A stretch of DNA of 64,000 bases from Laetmonice hystrix. Its lineage: Eukaryota. Below the pieces are notes generated by a model, which was not told where the DNA came from, did not search any database, and saw only the letters and a list, made by a program, of their open reading frames with translations. Every line of letters starts with the position of its first letter. Position 1 is the stretch's first letter. The position numbers and the translations under genes were made by a program. Shown here one piece after another: positions 60,901-64,000 of this stretch. The stretch is taken from the NCBI GenBank assembly GCA_965235115.1, contig OZ249440.1, positions 33,606,001 through 33,670,000 of the forward strand, written 5' to 3'.

Positions 60901-62973
60901 GCATGGTACTGCACCATGGTGTTGGTACTCCAACCGGTACCTTCGCTATGATCCCTTCTTGTTCGAGCAGATCGAGTTTTGTTTGCACCACCTCGCGCAA
61001 AGCTGCGGGGACAGGACGTGGAGGGTGGGCAACAGGGAGTACAGTTGGGTCATATTTCAGCGAATATGTGCCTGGGATACACCCAACCCCTTGCATGCAG
61101 CGTTTGTATTTTTCTACAATGGCCTGCGTACTTTGAGGAACAACTTGAGTTTCCGTTGAAGTAGTTTTATACAACCTTTTTACCAAACCCAGATTTTCAC
61201 TATCCTCTACACTGAGAATGGGGGGGTTGCCCTCGCCTTCAACAATTTCTGTCCTCAGATAGTATGTGTTCCCCTCTGGCATTGCAACTTTTAGGGTAGT
61301 GATACCCTGCGATTTGGTAGCCTTGCCACCAAAGCCCCAAATTACTGTGTTACTGGGTAACATTTTTGGTTTCACTCTGAGTGTTTGGTATACCTGTCTA
61401 GGGATTACCGTTACCTCACCTTGTGTATCTATTTTGAAATGTACATTGCTATGATCTGTCATCTCCAATGTTACACACCATCGATTGCATTTTTTTCTGC
61501 TACAAACATCTGTAGGCTTAACCATACTTAGCACATCAACATCGATGGCATCATCATCATCAACAATAGCAACAGTATTATCAACGGTATCATCAACCCC
61601 TCTGAGAATGCATGCATCCCTGTTATCTGTATCATTGTTACTGTTCGTGTTATCTGCATCACTGTCACTGTTTGTGTTACCTGTATCATTGTCACTCATC
61701 TCTGCTGTTATGCCAAACACATAGACCTCGTCTCTCATCAGGTTCTCAGAATCACAATGTGGCTCCTGCTCTGCAGTTTGCTGCTCCGTGTAACTATAGT
61801 TCAGTCTTTTATATTTCCGTTTTTTCTGGCATACTATCGCAAAATGATCTCTGACATTACAGAAATTACAATACTGGCCGTATGCTGGGCACCGACCTTG
61901 CTGATGTACTCTACCGCAATTGTAGCACGGTGGACCACGCATCCCCTGTCGCTGCGTGTGACTGTCGCCGTAGTGCCCACGGCCGCGTGCGCGTCCACGG
62001 CTTGGGCCCCCGGCGGCACCGTGGCTGTCTGCCGGGTAGGATGGGTAGCGTCCCCGTCCTCGCTGTGATCGACCTGGGCCGCGGCTCCTCGCCCGACCCC
62101 GAGTGTAGTAGCTAACACTCGCCTGTTGTGATGTCTCTTGTTGCTCGTACATCGTCCTATTCTCCCGTCTCTGCTCATGTATGTGGCATTTCTTGATCGT
62201 TTCTGCTAGGGATAAGTCGTCATCCCACAGTCGTTTCCTTAGCTCCTCATTCCTCACTCCGTTCGAGACTTGAATGGCTATCATTCTCTCCTCAATCTCA
62301 CCGAAGTCACAATTTTTCGCCAAGTCCTTTAACGCATTTACGTACTCAGCCGCGGTTTCACCAGCGTGCTGACGTCGGTTTTGAAATTTCGAAACGGAAA
62401 GTTTCGTAAGTCGCTTCGGCTCGAAGTAGGCTCCGAACTGCCGGACAACCGCGTCGAAATTATCCTTCGTCTCCGGCAACACAAACTCGAAGTGGTTGTA
62501 AACTTTGATGTATGTCCGTCCCATCGAACATAATAGTAGTGCGATCTTCGTCCCATCATCGTCGTCAGCCTGTTTCGTTGCCCGCAGGTACAAGTTAAAT
62601 TCCTCAAGGAAATCTAGCCAGCTCGTAACTAGACTCTCGGGCTGAGCAACAAACGTCGGTGGCTTCAGCGTGTGCTGCGCCATGCTGCCTGCTGGAGCCA
62701 GCGGTCGTCGGCAAAAGGGTCAAAAAATCGGTGCTTTCGCAAGCGTGTCAAGCGTTAAGTTCTGGATAGGTAGACAGCTCGTGCCTTCCTATATGAGTTC
62801 CCGTATTTCTGACACCATGTTATGTCTTTATGTTACCCGATGCGGTCTGATTAACCGAGATGACAATAAAATGTCCACTTGCCATGTTACGACCCGGAGT
62901 GCTCTGCACATCCGAGTATGCTTTATTTCCATTGGCTACAAGTATGTCACGGTGACCTAGATAGGATATAACA
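57989..62973 (-). mobile_element. Intact Ty3/Gypsy (Mag-like) LTR retrotransposon
   Basis: Identical 156-bp TG..CA LTRs at 57989-58144 and 62818-62973. TSD CCTAC at 57984-57988 and 62974-62978. PBS TGGTGTCAGAA; PPT AAAAGGGAGGA. Confidence 0.98.
58340..62683 (-). CDS. Gag-Pol polyprotein, 1447 aa (gag, two zinc knuckles, protease, RT, RNase H, integrase)
   Basis: CYNCGRVH..C/CNFCNVRDHFAIVC, FKIDTQG, LDADQGF, IMDDLL, CDASQSG/IEKELLA/TDH, HASHQG..C..C, ISDNGP, NGMAE. No stops. Confidence 0.97.
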   Translation of the reverse strand: MAQHTLKPPTFVAQPESLVTSWLDFLEEFNLYLRATKQADDDDGTKIALLLCSMGRTYIKVYNHFEFVLPETKDNFDAVVRQFGAYFEPKRLTKLSVSKFQNRRQHAGETAAEYVNALKDLAKNCDFGEIEERMIAIQVSNGVRNEELRKRLWDDDLSLAETIKKCHIHEQRRENRTMYEQQETSQQASVSYYTRGRARSRGPGRSQRGRGRYPSYPADSHGAAGGPSRGRARGRGHYGDSHTQRQGMRGPPCYNCGRVHQQGRCPAYGQYCNFCNVRDHFAIVCQKKRKYKRLNYSYTEQQTAEQEPHCDSENLMRDEVYVFGITAEMSDNDTGNTNSDSDADNTNSNNDTDNRDACILRGVDDTVDNTVAIVDDDDAIDVDVLSMVKPTDVCSRKKCNRWCVTLEMTDHSNVHFKIDTQGEVTVIPRQVYQTLRVKPKMLPSNTVIWGFGGKATKSQGITTLKVAMPEGNTYYLRTEIVEGEGNPPILSVEDSENLGLVKRLYKTTSTETQVVPQSTQAIVEKYKRCMQGVGCIPGTYSLKYDPTVLPVAHPPRPVPAALREVVQTKLDLLEQEGIIAKVPVGVPTPWCSTMHVVMKKNSKPGKPNVRITMDPKDLNKALLREYHPISTVEDVITRTHGSKIFTVLDADQGFFQIKLDEESAMLTAFNTPFGRYYYKRLPMGISSAPEIYQRAMTELFEGIPGVEIIMDDLLVHGKDVKAHDKMLEDVLKRCVDRNLKLNAAKTKLARPEVEYVGQVLTAEGVKISEDKIKAVVSMPRPEDVHNVRTLLGMVNYTMKFMPELSATTEPLRQILKESQEHGFEFHWDPVHEEAFQKLKVMMTSAPVLRYYNPTEPVVISCDASQSGLGMVLQQQDQPVAYGSKTLTTAEYAYSQIEKELLAIVTACRKFHTYIYGKEDVTVETDHLPLLRIMEKQLHQVPLRLQKMRMRLQQYTFKLVHRAGKDIPVADNLSRLHLPETGNEPQFTVLATEIKSITSFNPQKLDVLVRETERDEMLKELKLVIVKGWPLDKDSVHPTVKPYWDSREEMNIVDGIIFKGQRVVIPASMQMEMMTKLHASHQGMVKTKQLARDLIYWPGINAQIEDAISRCGPCQKMRAYQEKEPLIPSDIPTAPWTVVAEDLFSIEGEKFLLIVDYYSEWFEIKKLGRDSTAVPVIKANKEVFVTHGIPMKVISDNGPPFDSALFRTFAREYGFDHTTMSPLHSQTNGMAEKAVNIAKRMIKKCRDDRSDVYIALLNIRNTPRDNTLGSPAQRLMGRRTRTQLPTNVSLLRPKTIKPEIVKKKMTSYRAIAKYYYDRGSKTHEPLKEGDAVRVWDKKTWKPALLMPRKDAQTDPRSYNVKLPSGRIWRRNRRDIMKTGERGIYRQEADSEEEDDPPANPPDPPANPPDPPAGPVPNDPPPDPPFPGPPRPRSVRVSRRPLRYNDYVM

Positions 62974-64000
62974 CCTACCACACCAAAGGCCTTATTATGG
63001 TGGACGATGTCTCTCAACTAACCCAACTGGCAAGGAAAACCCTGGTGCCCAAAATGAAAAAACTGAGAAGTGATGGTCTCCTAGCCCTGATCCCGTTTAC
63101 CAAAACGGCAAAACTAATTTATAAACAGGGAAGTGTATGGCACACCATCTTTCCAGATAAGTAATTGTCTGGATGGTAATATTCCACGGGGTAAATATGA
63201 GGTACCCTCTACCCCCTCGACTCGACCGAAGGAAGGACGCACAAACTAAACAGGATATTTTTGTTATGGATGGAATGCTATCTTCCAATCTGTTTACTTC
63301 TGGTCACGCCTTATTTATTTTTTTTATGTTGGATCCTATTCTTGTTCACTATTGTGTTATCTCTCGTGTATGTTATTGTCTTCTCGTAGTCTTAACTTGT
63401 TTGTCTATCTCCAAACATCTTCTAACCTCAGCCTTATTTTACTATGTAAGCCTAACAGAAAGAAACAAAAGGTATATGTGATATAGAAATATATTCTAAC
63501 AATGTCAAGGGATTACAAAGATTCGAAAACCGCAGGAAAATATTTTACAACTTTCAGAAGAAAAAGTGCTCAATTATAATGCTACAGGAAACGCATAGCT
63601 AGCACACAAGAAACAGAAAGTAGGTGGAAATCCGAATGGGGTGGGCAAGCCTTCTTCTCACAAGGGGAGCCAGACTCAAAAGGAGTATGCATATTGATTA
63701 AAAATAACAGATATCGAAATCAAGAAAACTCATACTGATGGAAATGGCAGGTTCCTCATCCTGGAATGTAGGATACAGAACAAAAACTTTTTTATGTAAT
63801 ATTTATGGGCCAAATAAGGACGACCCGAGCTTCTTTATAAATGTCTACTCCATCCTCGACAATAATTCAGACTATCTGATCTGGGGTGGGGATTTCAACT
63901 GTATTTTAGACAACACTAAAGACAAAAGAGGGGGAAGTGTTAAACACAAACATATAAAGAGTCAAGAGTCTCTGAACAATCTGGTTGAAGAATGCGACTT

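Larger units (their letters stand above)
57330..64000 (+). mobile_element. L1/Tx1-type LINE (ORF1 split by Gypsy; ORF2 endonuclease runs off the window)
   Basis: Coiled-coil ORF1 LDRIEDKLDNLNSRVEDLELRV; RLKTY|HTKGLIMVDDVS rejoins across the Gypsy. ORF2 motifs SNNVKGL, MLQETH, SKGVCILI, IYGPN.DDP, IWGGDFNC. Frameshifted. Confidence 0.85.

Noticed and set aside
58356..62607. Many short antisense and alternative-frame ORFs over the Gypsy, Copia and LINE coding regions
   Set aside because: Shadow ORFs of long coding frames with no recognisable motifs.

Overview
Eukaryotic (animal) genomic DNA, almost entirely a stack of nested transposable elements. A marine invertebrate or lophotrochozoan origin is an inference from the TE families. 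No prokaryotic genes, rRNA or CRISPR arrays are supported. Main contents: (1) A near-full-length RNase-H-bearing I/Nimb-type LINE (509-10970). It is split by a complete Copia element (5-bp TSD, half-tRNA PBS) whose 3' LTR carries a 527-bp foldback MITE; at least five further pieces of this LINE family are scattered through the window. (2) An intact Mag-like Gypsy element with identical 156-bp LTRs and a 1447-aa polyprotein, inserted in an L1/Tx1 LINE. (3) Decayed hAT, Sola2-like, pogo-like, THAP-DDE (Harbinger/ISL2EU-like), DIRS-like, Gypsy and LMDD-type LINE remnants, a V-SINE, a solo LTR and several MITEs with readable TSDs. (4) Exons of an Ig I-set muscle-protein-like host gene on the minus strand. 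The most unexplained signal is an H-type pseudoknot architecture at both the extreme 5' end and the 3' UTR of the I/Nimb LINE. All family assignments come from motif recognition by eye; no database searches were run.
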